This document shows, in pieces, positions 19,594-28,932 of a stretch of DNA of 64,000 nt. The notes under the pieces were generated by a model. That model worked only from the letters and a program-made list of their open reading frames with translations. It made no database searches and had not been told where the DNA came from. Position numbers and translations under genes: made by a program. Each line of letters starts with the position of its first letter. The stretch's first letter is position 1. The stretch lies in assembly GCA_033722155.1 (NCBI GenBank), contig JAWVZN010000004.1, forward strand, positions 3,959 through 67,958, in the 5' to 3' direction. The stretch is from Gemmatimonadota bacterium (GTDB lineage Bacteria > Gemmatimonadota > Gemmatimonadetes > JACCXV01 > JAHWKZ01).

Positions 19594-20288
19594 GCGGGGT
19601 GGACCCCGAGCGGGATCCGCGCGCCGTCGAGGCCACGGCCCGCGCGCTCGCCGACTGGATCTCCACGTTCCCGATGTCGGGAGAGCTGGGGGCGGCGATG
19701 GCCGAGGCGTGCGACGCCGGCGCCCCGTGGCCCGCGGGCGTCGCGGCGACGGCCGCCCGCGCCGCGGGATGGCGCGACGAGGAGACGATGGCGTGGGCGA
19801 TCGGGGTGGGCGCGCTGGCGGGGGCGCTCGAGGCGGCCCGGGCCAGCCTGGAGCACGGGTCGGGGATCGCCGGGAGCGAGCCCGACTCCACCGCGGACGG
19901 CCCCGCCCGTGAGCTGCTCGCCGCCGACGGCCTGATCGCGGCCGCACACGAGGCGCTCTCCTCGCTCGATCCCGAGCGCCTCGAGGTCGCCCTCCGGGCG
20001 GTGGAGGAGGAATTCGGAGACGGTGGTCCCTGGAGGGCCCTGGACGTGGACCGGCCCCGGCCGGGGTGGCCCTGGCTCGTCGCGGTGGCGGTCGGTCCGG
20101 CCGCCGCCGATCCCGTCGGTCCCTGGGCGGAGGTGCGCGCCGCCTGGCGCTCGGCCTATCCGGCCGGCTCCGGAGAGCCCCGCCCCGCCGATCTCGAGAC
20201 GCTCGCCGGGCCCCTCGCGCTGGAGGAGTCCGCCCGCGCGCTGCTCCGCGCCGCCGCCGAGGCCGCCTCGCGGCCGGCGGAGCGCTGA
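19590..20288 (+). CDS. hypothetical all-helical protein, possibly a degenerate polyprenyl-synthase fold
   Basis: GTG overlaps the alaS stop; segment GPARELLAADGLIAAAHEAL resembles the IspA G..AILAGDAL...AFE.L helix; no DDxxD. Confidence 0.55.
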   Translation: MSGVDPERDPRAVEATARALADWISTFPMSGELGAAMAEACDAGAPWPAGVAATAARAAGWRDEETMAWAIGVGALAGALEAARASLEHGSGIAGSEPDSTADGPARELLAADGLIAAAHEALSSLDPERLEVALRAVEEEFGDGGPWRALDVDRPRPGWPWLVAVAVGPAAADPVGPWAEVRAAWRSAYPAGSGEPRPADLETLAGPLALEESARALLRAAAEAASRPAER

Positions 20289-20292
20289 ACCC

Positions 20293-20309
20293 GACGCGCG
20301 AGGCGCGTC
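20293..20309. terminator. hairpin between convergent genes
   Basis: gacgcgc-gag-gcgcgtc in the 33-nt gap; no U tract. Confidence 0.35.
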
Positions 20310-20321
20310 AGGCAGCCGAGC

Positions 20322-21530
20322 CTACGTTCGGGCGCGGGTGAGGAGCACCAGCCCGATCACCAGGAACACCCCGTTCGCGAGCCAGGCCGCCGCCGCCGGT
20401 GGCAGGCCGCCGCCGTAGCCGACCCCCTGGCCGATCCGCAGGAACCCCCAGAAGACGATCGTCAGGAACAGCGCGAAGCCGAATCCCGCGGCCGCGCCGC
20501 TCTGGCGCCCGGCGTGGGTGGCGGCGCCGACGAGGGCGATCCCGAAGATCGCGACGATGAAGTTGGCGAAGGGGTAGGCGAGCTTCATCTGGAGGTCGAC
20601 CCGCTCCTTGCGCGTTTCTGCCCCGAGCCGCTCCCGGCGCTCGATGTACTCCTCGAGTTCCAGGTATCCCATCTCCTCCGGGTCCTTCTCCTGCACCAGC
20701 AGCTGCTGAGGGGTGTCCTCGAGGAAGGGGGAGCGGAGGATCTCGAAGGCGTACATCTCCTCCTTCGCCTCCGCGGGGGCGGTGTCGGCCGGGGCGGTGT
20801 CGGCAGTGGCGCGGGAGTTGGGGGCGGTTTCGGCCGGGAACGGTTCGGCGGGGGCCGGACGGGAGTCGGGGAAGACCCGCATCTCCCCGTTGCGGAGCAC
20901 CCACGTCTCCGTGGCCGGCTCCCACACCATCTGGGGCGCGTTGATCCGGACGAAGGTGCCGTCGGGGTAGTGGCGCTGGATCTCGACCTGGTCGGCGTTG
21001 CTGGCGCCGTCCTCGACGAACAGCGAGCGGACGATGTAGGTGTACCCCTCCTCGTTCTGGTAGACGAATCGCCCGCGGTAGTTCTGGATGTCCTCGCCGC
21101 CGCGCCCGAGGATCTGCTCGTCGTAGACGTCGTTGGCCTGCTCGATCAGCCCGGGCAGCCACGTCTCGCTCACGACCAGCACGCCGAGGCTCAGCAGGAA
21201 CGCGAAGGCGGCGATCGGGGCGGAGATCCGGTACAGGCTCAGCCCGCTCGCCTTCATCGCGGTGAGCTCGCCGTGGCGGCCGAACTCGCCGATGGTGAGG
21301 ATCGTCGCGATCAGGACCGCCATCGGGAGCGTGATCAGCAGGTTGTAGGGCGCCTCGAGGAGGTAGTACTCGGCCACGTCCCGCCACGCCGCCTCGTGGT
21401 CGAGGTAGACGTCGATGTGGTCCATCAGATGGACCATGATCGTGATCGCCGCGAGGGCGAACAGGGCGACCGTGAGGACCCGGAGGAACTGCGCCATGAG
21501 ATAGCGGTCGAGCAGGCGCGCGAAGATCAT
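20322..21530 (-). CDS. lptG: LPS export ABC transporter permease LptG
   Basis: ATG 21530; LLDRYL, GELTAMKASGLSLYR, KLAYPFAN, AAWLAN. Confidence 0.85.
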   Translation of the reverse strand: MIFARLLDRYLMAQFLRVLTVALFALAAITIMVHLMDHIDVYLDHEAAWRDVAEYYLLEAPYNLLITLPMAVLIATILTIGEFGRHGELTAMKASGLSLYRISAPIAAFAFLLSLGVLVVSETWLPGLIEQANDVYDEQILGRGGEDIQNYRGRFVYQNEEGYTYIVRSLFVEDGASNADQVEIQRHYPDGTFVRINAPQMVWEPATETWVLRNGEMRVFPDSRPAPAEPFPAETAPNSRATADTAPADTAPAEAKEEMYAFEILRSPFLEDTPQQLLVQEKDPEEMGYLELEEYIERRERLGAETRKERVDLQMKLAYPFANFIVAIFGIALVGAATHAGRQSGAAAGFGFALFLTIVFWGFLRIGQGVGYGGGLPPAAAAWLANGVFLVIGLVLLTRART

Positions 21531-22954
21531 CGGGCTCGCCCCCCCCCGCCGGGTTCCTCCTCCTCTTCCGCGCGGCTGCGGCCCGGCCCCCATCGGGGCA
21601 GCCGCAGCCGCCGGCCCGCGGTCTCCCGCGCGGTCCGCTGCAGCAGCCACAGGCCCACCCCGAAGAAGGCGAGGTTCGCCAGCCACATCGCCAGCCACGG
21701 CGGAAGGAGCCGCCGGTCGGCGAGGTCTTCGCCCCCCGTAAGGGCCAGGTAGTAGAAGACGAATACGATGGCGCTCAACCCCAGCGCGAACCCGTAGCCT
21801 CCACGCTTCACGCGCACCCCGATGGGGGCCCCGATCAGAACGAACACGATGCACGCCACCGGGATCGCGAACTTCTTGTGGTACTCCACGAGAAAGGAGT
21901 TGCGCTGGCGCTGGGCGTAGTCGATCCCCTCGTGGGTTCGCCGCACCACGCTCACCCGGTACCGCGCCTGGTCGAGCGGATCCCGGAACCGGATGGAGCG
22001 CTGCGCGACGGTGTCGGCGGCGGCGATCGCGAAGGTGTCCTGGAGAAGGGTGGCGACGTGGGCGGTGGCGGCGGCCTCGAGCTCGTCTCTGGCCTGGAGG
22101 ATCTTCCGCTCCTCCCCGCGGACGTGGGACATCAGCGTTCCCAGATCCATCTCGCGGTCGCTGCGGAGCCTCGCGTACTCGCTCGACCGGTCGAGCTTGG
22201 AGCCGACGTTCTGGAGCACCAGCCGCTGCTGCTCGAAATGGAGCACCTCGTACTCGCCCGGCTTGGAGATGTTCCGGTGATGGACGGTGCCGTTCCAGAG
22301 GGTGAGCACGGCGTCCTCCCCGGTGGGCGTGTACTCGAGCCGCCCGGAGTCGGCGAGGATCGTTCGTTGCCGCTGCAGGTCGGTCATGTCGTAGATCCGG
22401 AGGCCGTACATCGTGTCCGTCTCGCGGTCGATCTCGTCGGGGATCAACCGGTAGTCGCCGAGCCCGGTCGGATCGTTGATCCGCTTCTCCTGCAGGACGA
22501 ACGTCGGCTTGGTGCGCTGGATGTCCCCCATCAGGCGGGTGAGCCGGTGGTTGGCCTCCGGGAGGAGGGTGTCGTTGAGCCAGACGGTGGCGCCCGCGAG
22601 GAGGATTCCTCCCACCACGGTGGGGAAGAGGATCTGGTGGAAGGCCACCCCGTTGGCCTGGATCGCGGTGATCTCGTTGTCCCCCGCGAGCCGGCCGAAC
22701 GCCGCCACCGTGGCCACCAGCGCCGCCATCGGGATCGTCAGCGCCACGGTAAGCGGAAGCGAGAGCACGAACACCTCCACGATCACCTCCGCCCCGAGCC
22801 CTTTGCCGGCCAGGTCCTGGAGCTGCCGGGCCACCTGGTTCATCAGCAGGATGGTGGAGAGGACCGTGAGGGCGAACGCGAAGGGCCCCAGATGCTCGCG
22901 GAAGGCGTACCAGGAGAGGGTCCTGGCGTTGAAGAGCTCGCGCCAGCGGCTCAC
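21527..22954 (-). CDS. lptF: LPS export ABC transporter permease LptF
   Basis: GTG 22954; FGRLAGDNEITAIQANG, EYHKKFAIPVAC, AMWLAN. Confidence 0.85.
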   Translation of the reverse strand: MSRWRELFNARTLSWYAFREHLGPFAFALTVLSTILLMNQVARQLQDLAGKGLGAEVIVEVFVLSLPLTVALTIPMAALVATVAAFGRLAGDNEITAIQANGVAFHQILFPTVVGGILLAGATVWLNDTLLPEANHRLTRLMGDIQRTKPTFVLQEKRINDPTGLGDYRLIPDEIDRETDTMYGLRIYDMTDLQRQRTILADSGRLEYTPTGEDAVLTLWNGTVHHRNISKPGEYEVLHFEQQRLVLQNVGSKLDRSSEYARLRSDREMDLGTLMSHVRGEERKILQARDELEAAATAHVATLLQDTFAIAAADTVAQRSIRFRDPLDQARYRVSVVRRTHEGIDYAQRQRNSFLVEYHKKFAIPVACIVFVLIGAPIGVRVKRGGYGFALGLSAIVFVFYYLALTGGEDLADRRLLPPWLAMWLANLAFFGVGLWLLQRTARETAGRRLRLPRWGPGRSRAEEEEEPGGGGRAR

Positions 22955-23136
22955 GGGGCTCCCCTCACCGGTTGCTGGCCGAAGGTGCGCATCTATATTC
23001 TCGGACTCCCGAGGAAAGCCTCCCATCCCCCGTCCGGAGAAGCGGTTACGGACGTCTTTCGTCGACGATTCGACGACAAGCTAACGCCTGCTCTCGGGCC
23101 CGAACAGGCGCGAGGTCGTCGAGCCGAGTTGTCGAA

Positions 23137-26100
23137 ATGATGATATATAATCATAAATGCCCGATCCGTGTCGCCGCCCTCTGGTCGGCGCTCCTGTTCG
23201 GCTCGCTGGCCGTGTCCGGCGGGGCGGAGGCCCAGGAGGTGGAGCGTCCGCGAACCCCCGCGCTCGAGCTGCGGCCCGCGCTCCCGATCGACGAGCTGGC
23301 CCGCCTGCCCGCCGACACCCTTCTTCGCGAGCCCCCCCTGCGCTACGACCCGTGGACGGGCCTGGTGCGGCGCCGCCTCGCGCCGGGTCCGCTCGGCCCC
23401 GGCGCGCTTCAACCCGTCGCCGGCATGGAGCTCCTCGACTACGTCGCGAGGCTGGGTGCGCGGGAGCGGGAGCGGCTGCGGGCCGAGCTGTGGGCCTCCG
23501 GTCCCCCGCCCGAGGGGCTGATCCCCGAGATCGAGGATCCGATCGACGTCCCCGAGCCGCTCGCCCGGGTGTTCGGCGAGGGGTCCCGCTTCGACATCGA
23601 GGGGAAGCTCCACGTCGGAGCGATCGGATCGCGCTCCACGCGCGATCCCGACCTTCGCTCCGAGCTCCTCAGACGCGCGGTCGGGGGCTTCGACCTCGAC
23701 CTCGATCAGATCCTCGACCTCCGGGTCGTCGGCGCCATCGGGACGAAGCTCGACGTGGCGGTCGACTTCAACTCGTCGCGGGAGCTGGACTCGAAGCAGC
23801 TCATCTCCGCGAGATACACCGGCGCGGAGGACGAGATCCTGAAACGGGTGGAGGTGGGCGATATCGAGGTCTCGCTGCCCCGCTCCCGCTTCCTCGGGGC
23901 CGGGATCGCGCGGGGGACCTTCGGCGCCCAGATGGTGGCCGAGCTCGGCCCGGTGGACCTGCGGCTGCTCGGCTCCCGGAAGGAGGGGCGCTCGACCGAG
24001 CGCCGGCTCACGATCGCGCCGCGGGGCGAAGGGGTGCTGCAGGAGGTGGTCCTCGACATCAAGGACACCCAGTTCCAGGACGACCGCTTCTTCCTGCTGT
24101 TCCACCCCGACAGCCTGGAGGGATCCCGGATCGCCTACCCGAACCGCGGCACCCGGTTGCGGCGCCCCGCCTCCAGGCCCGCGGCGGGGAGCCTCGACGT
24201 GTGGCTCGACGACGGCAACCTGAGGAACAACCGGGAGCGGACCTCGAAGCGGGGGACCGCGTTCGTCGATCCCACCGATCCCGGCGCCTTCCCGGGGCAG
24301 TCGCGGCAGGGCTTCTTCGACCTGCTGGCGGAGGGCGAGGACTACGTGGTCACCGACGGGGTGGTCCTCCAGCTGAAGCGCCGGCTCGACGACGACGAGA
24401 TCCTGGCGGTCTCCTACCGGACGGAGGGGGGCGAGCGGATCGGGTCTCCGCAGGGAGCCGATCGGCTCGCGCTGAAGCTGATCAAGCCGACGTCGCCGGA
24501 CACCCTCGACTTCACCTGGGACTATACGCTCCGGAACGTGTACTCGCTCCGCGAGGCGGACATCCCGCTGGGCTCGCTCGAGCTGACGATCTACCGGGGG
24601 AACCGGGAGCTGAAGCGGACCTTCGAGCTCGTCGGCGGGGAGTCGAGGAAGTACTCCCGGATCTTCGGCGTGACCGACCGGAACGGCCGGGTCGCCGTAC
24701 CCCGGATCCTGCGGGATCCGTTCGGCGGACCCTACCTGCTGGTGTTCCCGAACGTGCGGCCGTTCTTCCAGCCGACGGACGACGCCGGGGAGCCGATCGC
24801 CCTCGAGGTGCCCAACCGCCCGCTCTACTTCGACGACGACGATCGGCGCACCGCGCTCGACGACCAGGTGTACTTCATCGAGGCCGGCTACCTCTCCCGG
24901 GGCGGGATCAGCGGAGAGGTGCTGCTCGGTGCAGCGAACGTGATCGAGGGCTCGGAGACGATCTCGATCGGGGGCGAGGAGCTCGTCCGGGGAGAGGACT
25001 ACCAGATCTTCTACGACCTCGGACGGGTGGTGTTCGAGGATCCCGCCGCGCTCGCCGAGCGCCATCCCGACGCTCCGGTCGACATCCGCTTCGAGGTGGC
25101 GCCGCTGTTCAACCTGGCCCCCACCTCGCTCATGGGCGCGGCGGGCACCTGGCGGCTCGGCGAGAACGCGGCGGTCAACTCCACCGTGCTCGTCCAGAGC
25201 CGGGAATCGCTGGCGAACCGACCGATCCTGGGGGACGAGCCCACCCGCACCCTGATCGGCGAGATCGACGCCGCCTGGGCGCGTCCGGTCCCGGCCCTCA
25301 CCCGGTGGGTGGACGCGCTACCGGGGCTCGAGACGGAGGAGCCCTCCTCGCTCGAGCTCCGGGGCGAGCTCGCGTGGAGCCGGCCCGACCCGAACACCGC
25401 CGGGCGGGTCTTCCTGAACGACTTCGAGAACGTCGAGATCGCCAGGCGGATCGGGCTGTTCTTCCGAGACTGGAGCTTCTCCTCGGTTCCCTCGGCCACT
25501 CCGCTCGACCCCGGCTCGATCGGCTCCGCGGCGTGGTTCACCTTCGCGGTCGCCTCCCGGGAGGTCACCCCCGACGTCCGGGGCTTCGATCGCGGCGAGA
25601 ACCTCTTCGTGGTCCGCCTCGATCCCGCGGGGGCCACCCCGGCCGCGCGCCGCGCCTCGTGGCGATCGATCCACACGGTGATCTCCACCGCCGGGGAGGA
25701 CCTCCGCCGGCAGGAGTTCGTCGAGTTCTTCGTGCGGGGCGACCGGGGTACCATCCTGGTGGACCTCGGCGAGGTGGACGAGGACGCGGTCCGGGTCGAC
25801 GAGACCGGGGCGAGGGTGGGCGTGGGCGAGCTCGATACCGAGGAGACGAATCCGGACACCCGCGACAACAACCTCGACGTGGGCGAAGACACCGGGCTCG
25901 ACGGGGTGTCCGGGGACGACGGGCTCGCCGTGCCCGGCGACGTCGGCAACGACGATTTCGACCGCTCCTTCCGCGACGGGTTCCCGGCGAACCCGAACGG
26001 GACCGAGGGCAACAACACCCTCGACACCGAGGACAACGACTTCGACGGGATCCTCGACCGGGTGGAGAACGTGCTGCGGTGGGAGGTCGACCTCTCCGAC

Positions 26101-28932
26101 CCCCGCTTCGAGGTGCCCGGCAGCCGCACCGTCACCGGCTTTCGGAAGATCCGCCTTCCGCTGGTTCGCCCCGACGCGAGGATCGGGAGCGCGGACGGCC
26201 GGGAGGTGCGGGTCCTCCGGCTCACGTTCACCGAGGTGGAGCGGCGCACCGACTTCGAGATCGCCGGCCTCGAAGTCGTCGGGTCGACCTTCCTGAAGCG
26301 GGGTATCGTGCGCGCCGACTCCGTTCCGATCGCGGGCCCCGACTCCGACAGCCTCCGGATCTCCGCGATCAACGACCTGGAAAACCCCGACTACTTCAGC
26401 CCACCCGGCGTGGTGGCGCTCCAGGATCGGGCCGATCAGGTGGCCGGGATCGACGACGTGGTGCGGGAGCAGTCGCTCGAGCTTTCGTGGTCGGGTCTGC
26501 CCCCGGGGGCCCGCGGAGCGATCTTCCGTCCCCTGTTCGACCGTGAGTCGTACATCGACTACGACGAGATGCGGGTGTGGGTGCAGGGACGGGGCGGGGA
26601 GGCCGGGCGGGAGCCGGAGTTCTTCGTCGCCTTCGGCCTCGACACCCTCAACGTCTACGAGTACGGGGCCCCGCTGGCCGACGGGGCGTGGCGGGAGCAC
26701 CGGATCGACTTCGCCGTCTTCACCGAGTTGAAGGCGGCGCTTCTCGACAGCCTCCGGAGCGCCGGCGCCGCGACCGGGACGAAGGTGAGCGAGGACGGGC
26801 GCTACCGGGTGCGGATCGCGAACCCCTCGGCCCCGCCGCCGACGCTCACCGACGTGGGCCAGCTCACCATCGGGGTGGAGAACGCCACCGGGGCTCCGGT
26901 GACCGGCTCCTTCTGGATCGACGAATGGCGGCTCGCCTCGCCGGTGCGCGAGGGGGATCTGGCGCGGTACGTCCGCGGGGATCTCCGGGTGGCCGATCTG
27001 GGCGACGTGGCGGTCTCCTGGGAGAGCCGGGGTCCACGGTACCGGGACTTCGGCGCCCGCCGCACCGACTTCGGAACCGGGACTCTCGACGTGAGCGCGA
27101 GCCTGCGGCTGGGGAGGTTCCTGCCGGAGGCGTGGGGCGTCGCCATGCCGCTCACCTGGAGCCACTCCGGACGAAGCGCGGAGCCGCTGTTCCGGGTGGG
27201 AGGGGACATCCGCCTGGAAGAGGGGAGCGCGCTCCAGGACGAACAGACCCGCACCGACGCCCGGGACGTCGTCACCCTGCGGGCGTTCCGGACCGGGCGG
27301 TCGGAGAACCCGCTGGTGGCGGCCACCGTGGATCGGCTGGAGGCTCGCCTCACCTGGCGGCGCGAGTCGCTCGGATCGGTGGATCTCGACTCCGACCGCG
27401 ATCGCGTGGACCTCTTCGTCGGGTATCGCGGCGGGTTCGACAGGCGGCCCGTGCCGATCGGGTTGGGGTGGCTGAAGAGCCTCCCGCTGCCGGACGCGAT
27501 CAAGCGGAGCCCGGGGTTCCGCCGGCTCGCCGAAGCCGAGCTCAACGTGGCGCCGGCGAGCGTGAGCATGAGCGCCGAGTCCGTCTTCGAGGAGCGGAAC
27601 CGGGACAAGACGCTCGTCGACGGGACGCTCTCCGGGGAGCGGGAGTTCACCGCGGACACCACCCGGACCCTCGCCGGGCGGGCCCGGATCTCGTTCCAGC
27701 CCTTCGCCTCGATGCGGGCCAGCCTGGGGATGGACGACCGGCGGGATCTCAACTTCCCGGAGACGGTGGTCGAGCGGGGCGCCCTGGGGGTGGGCGCGCT
27801 CAGCACCCGATCGTTCGACTTCGACTGGGCCCCCCCGGTGGCCGCGTGGCTGGTTCCCCACTACCGCTACGCCAGCAGCTACTCCCGTGATCACACCCGG
27901 GAGGCGAGCCGGGCGCTCGACAGCCTGGACCTGCGGGACTTCTCCGTCACCACCAGCCAGAGCCTCTCGGTCTCGCTGGTGACGCGCGAGCTCGTCGGGG
28001 CCTTCGCCGACGGGGACGCCGGGGCCGCCTGGTGGGAGCGGGCGTTCGAACCCGTCCGTTTCGACGTGCGGCGGCAGGAGACGGTGGCGTACGTCCAGGA
28101 GGAGGAGGACCCCGGGTTCGGATTCTCCTTCGGGTTCGGAGACCTGGGGAGCGCGGCCGGGGCGGATCCCCTGAACCTGAGCCGCAACGAGGTGGTGAGC
28201 GTCTCCACCGGCTTCGTCCCGCTCCGGAACCTGCGCCTGCGCGCGGAATACCGGACCCGCGACGAGCAGCGGCGCTATTTCGAGGGGACCAACGCCTCCT
28301 CGACCCGCACCTGGCCCGACCTCGAGCTCCGGTGGAGCGGCATCCGCCCGCCCGGGTTCCTCGGCTCGGCGATCGCCACCGCCACGATCGCCTCGGAGTT
28401 CGAGCGGCGTCGCGGGGACGACCGCATCAACGGGCGACTCCTCACCGACTCGGACCGTCGGATCTGGAGCCCGGCGGTGTCGGTGCGGATCGGCTGGGCG
28501 AACGGGATGCGCACGGACCTGCGGGTGAACGCGGCGGAGACCGGGACGGTCCTGGTGCGGGGCGGCGAGATCGAGAGCCGGCGCGACGAGACGTCGATGG
28601 ACTATCTTCTCGACCTCCACTACGACCTCCGCCCCGGCACGGAGATCCACCTTCCGCTGCCGGGGTTTTGGGGAGTGGAGCTCGAGCGTCCGCTGATCGT
28701 CTCCCTCACGCTCGCCCGCCGGAGCCGGGAGGACGCGACGGTGGACCGCGAGTCCGGGGTGTCGGCGCTGAACTCGAAGACGACCACGAACGAGATCCGC
28801 CCGTCGATCGCCTACGAGCTGGATCGTATCGTCTCCGGCTTCGCGCTGAGCTACCTCACGAGGAAGGACGAGAAGCGGGACATCCGCGACACCACGGTGA
28901 GCCTGGAGGCGTACCTCGATTTCCTGTTCTGA
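23137..28932 (+). CDS. sprA: SprA-like large outer-membrane beta-barrel protein (T9SS translocon homologue), about 1930 aa
   Basis: Signal peptide ending AEA-Q; recognisable SprA-type segments (YTGAEDEILKRVEVG, FGAQ...GP, LRNVYSL, GEDYQIFYDLG, NDFEN, LDTEDNDFDGILD, WIDEWRL); amphipathic C-terminal strands ending in Phe. Confidence 0.85.
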   Translation: MMIYNHKCPIRVAALWSALLFGSLAVSGGAEAQEVERPRTPALELRPALPIDELARLPADTLLREPPLRYDPWTGLVRRRLAPGPLGPGALQPVAGMELLDYVARLGARERERLRAELWASGPPPEGLIPEIEDPIDVPEPLARVFGEGSRFDIEGKLHVGAIGSRSTRDPDLRSELLRRAVGGFDLDLDQILDLRVVGAIGTKLDVAVDFNSSRELDSKQLISARYTGAEDEILKRVEVGDIEVSLPRSRFLGAGIARGTFGAQMVAELGPVDLRLLGSRKEGRSTERRLTIAPRGEGVLQEVVLDIKDTQFQDDRFFLLFHPDSLEGSRIAYPNRGTRLRRPASRPAAGSLDVWLDDGNLRNNRERTSKRGTAFVDPTDPGAFPGQSRQGFFDLLAEGEDYVVTDGVVLQLKRRLDDDEILAVSYRTEGGERIGSPQGADRLALKLIKPTSPDTLDFTWDYTLRNVYSLREADIPLGSLELTIYRGNRELKRTFELVGGESRKYSRIFGVTDRNGRVAVPRILRDPFGGPYLLVFPNVRPFFQPTDDAGEPIALEVPNRPLYFDDDDRRTALDDQVYFIEAGYLSRGGISGEVLLGAANVIEGSETISIGGEELVRGEDYQIFYDLGRVVFEDPAALAERHPDAPVDIRFEVAPLFNLAPTSLMGAAGTWRLGENAAVNSTVLVQSRESLANRPILGDEPTRTLIGEIDAAWARPVPALTRWVDALPGLETEEPSSLELRGELAWSRPDPNTAGRVFLNDFENVEIARRIGLFFRDWSFSSVPSATPLDPGSIGSAAWFTFAVASREVTPDVRGFDRGENLFVVRLDPAGATPAARRASWRSIHTVISTAGEDLRRQEFVEFFVRGDRGTILVDLGEVDEDAVRVDETGARVGVGELDTEETNPDTRDNNLDVGEDTGLDGVSGDDGLAVPGDVGNDDFDRSFRDGFPANPNGTEGNNTLDTEDNDFDGILDRVENVLRWEVDLSDPRFEVPGSRTVTGFRKIRLPLVRPDARIGSADGREVRVLRLTFTEVERRTDFEIAGLEVVGSTFLKRGIVRADSVPIAGPDSDSLRISAINDLENPDYFSPPGVVALQDRADQVAGIDDVVREQSLELSWSGLPPGARGAIFRPLFDRESYIDYDEMRVWVQGRGGEAGREPEFFVAFGLDTLNVYEYGAPLADGAWREHRIDFAVFTELKAALLDSLRSAGAATGTKVSEDGRYRVRIANPSAPPPTLTDVGQLTIGVENATGAPVTGSFWIDEWRLASPVREGDLARYVRGDLRVADLGDVAVSWESRGPRYRDFGARRTDFGTGTLDVSASLRLGRFLPEAWGVAMPLTWSHSGRSAEPLFRVGGDIRLEEGSALQDEQTRTDARDVVTLRAFRTGRSENPLVAATVDRLEARLTWRRESLGSVDLDSDRDRVDLFVGYRGGFDRRPVPIGLGWLKSLPLPDAIKRSPGFRRLAEAELNVAPASVSMSAESVFEERNRDKTLVDGTLSGEREFTADTTRTLAGRARISFQPFASMRASLGMDDRRDLNFPETVVERGALGVGALSTRSFDFDWAPPVAAWLVPHYRYASSYSRDHTREASRALDSLDLRDFSVTTSQSLSVSLVTRELVGAFADGDAGAAWWERAFEPVRFDVRRQETVAYVQEEEDPGFGFSFGFGDLGSAAGADPLNLSRNEVVSVSTGFVPLRNLRLRAEYRTRDEQRRYFEGTNASSTRTWPDLELRWSGIRPPGFLGSAIATATIASEFERRRGDDRINGRLLTDSDRRIWSPAVSVRIGWANGMRTDLRVNAAETGTVLVRGGEIESRRDETSMDYLLDLHYDLRPGTEIHLPLPGFWGVELERPLIVSLTLARRSREDATVDRESGVSALNSKTTTNEIRPSIAYELDRIVSGFALSYLTRKDEKRDIRDTTVSLEAYLDFLF

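Noticed and set aside
12438-19947. 1242-aa and 1195-aa minus-strand ORFs
   Set aside because: Only the last ~243 aa of the first is a real gene (nucleotidyltransferase); the rest are shadows of plus-strand genes, including alaS
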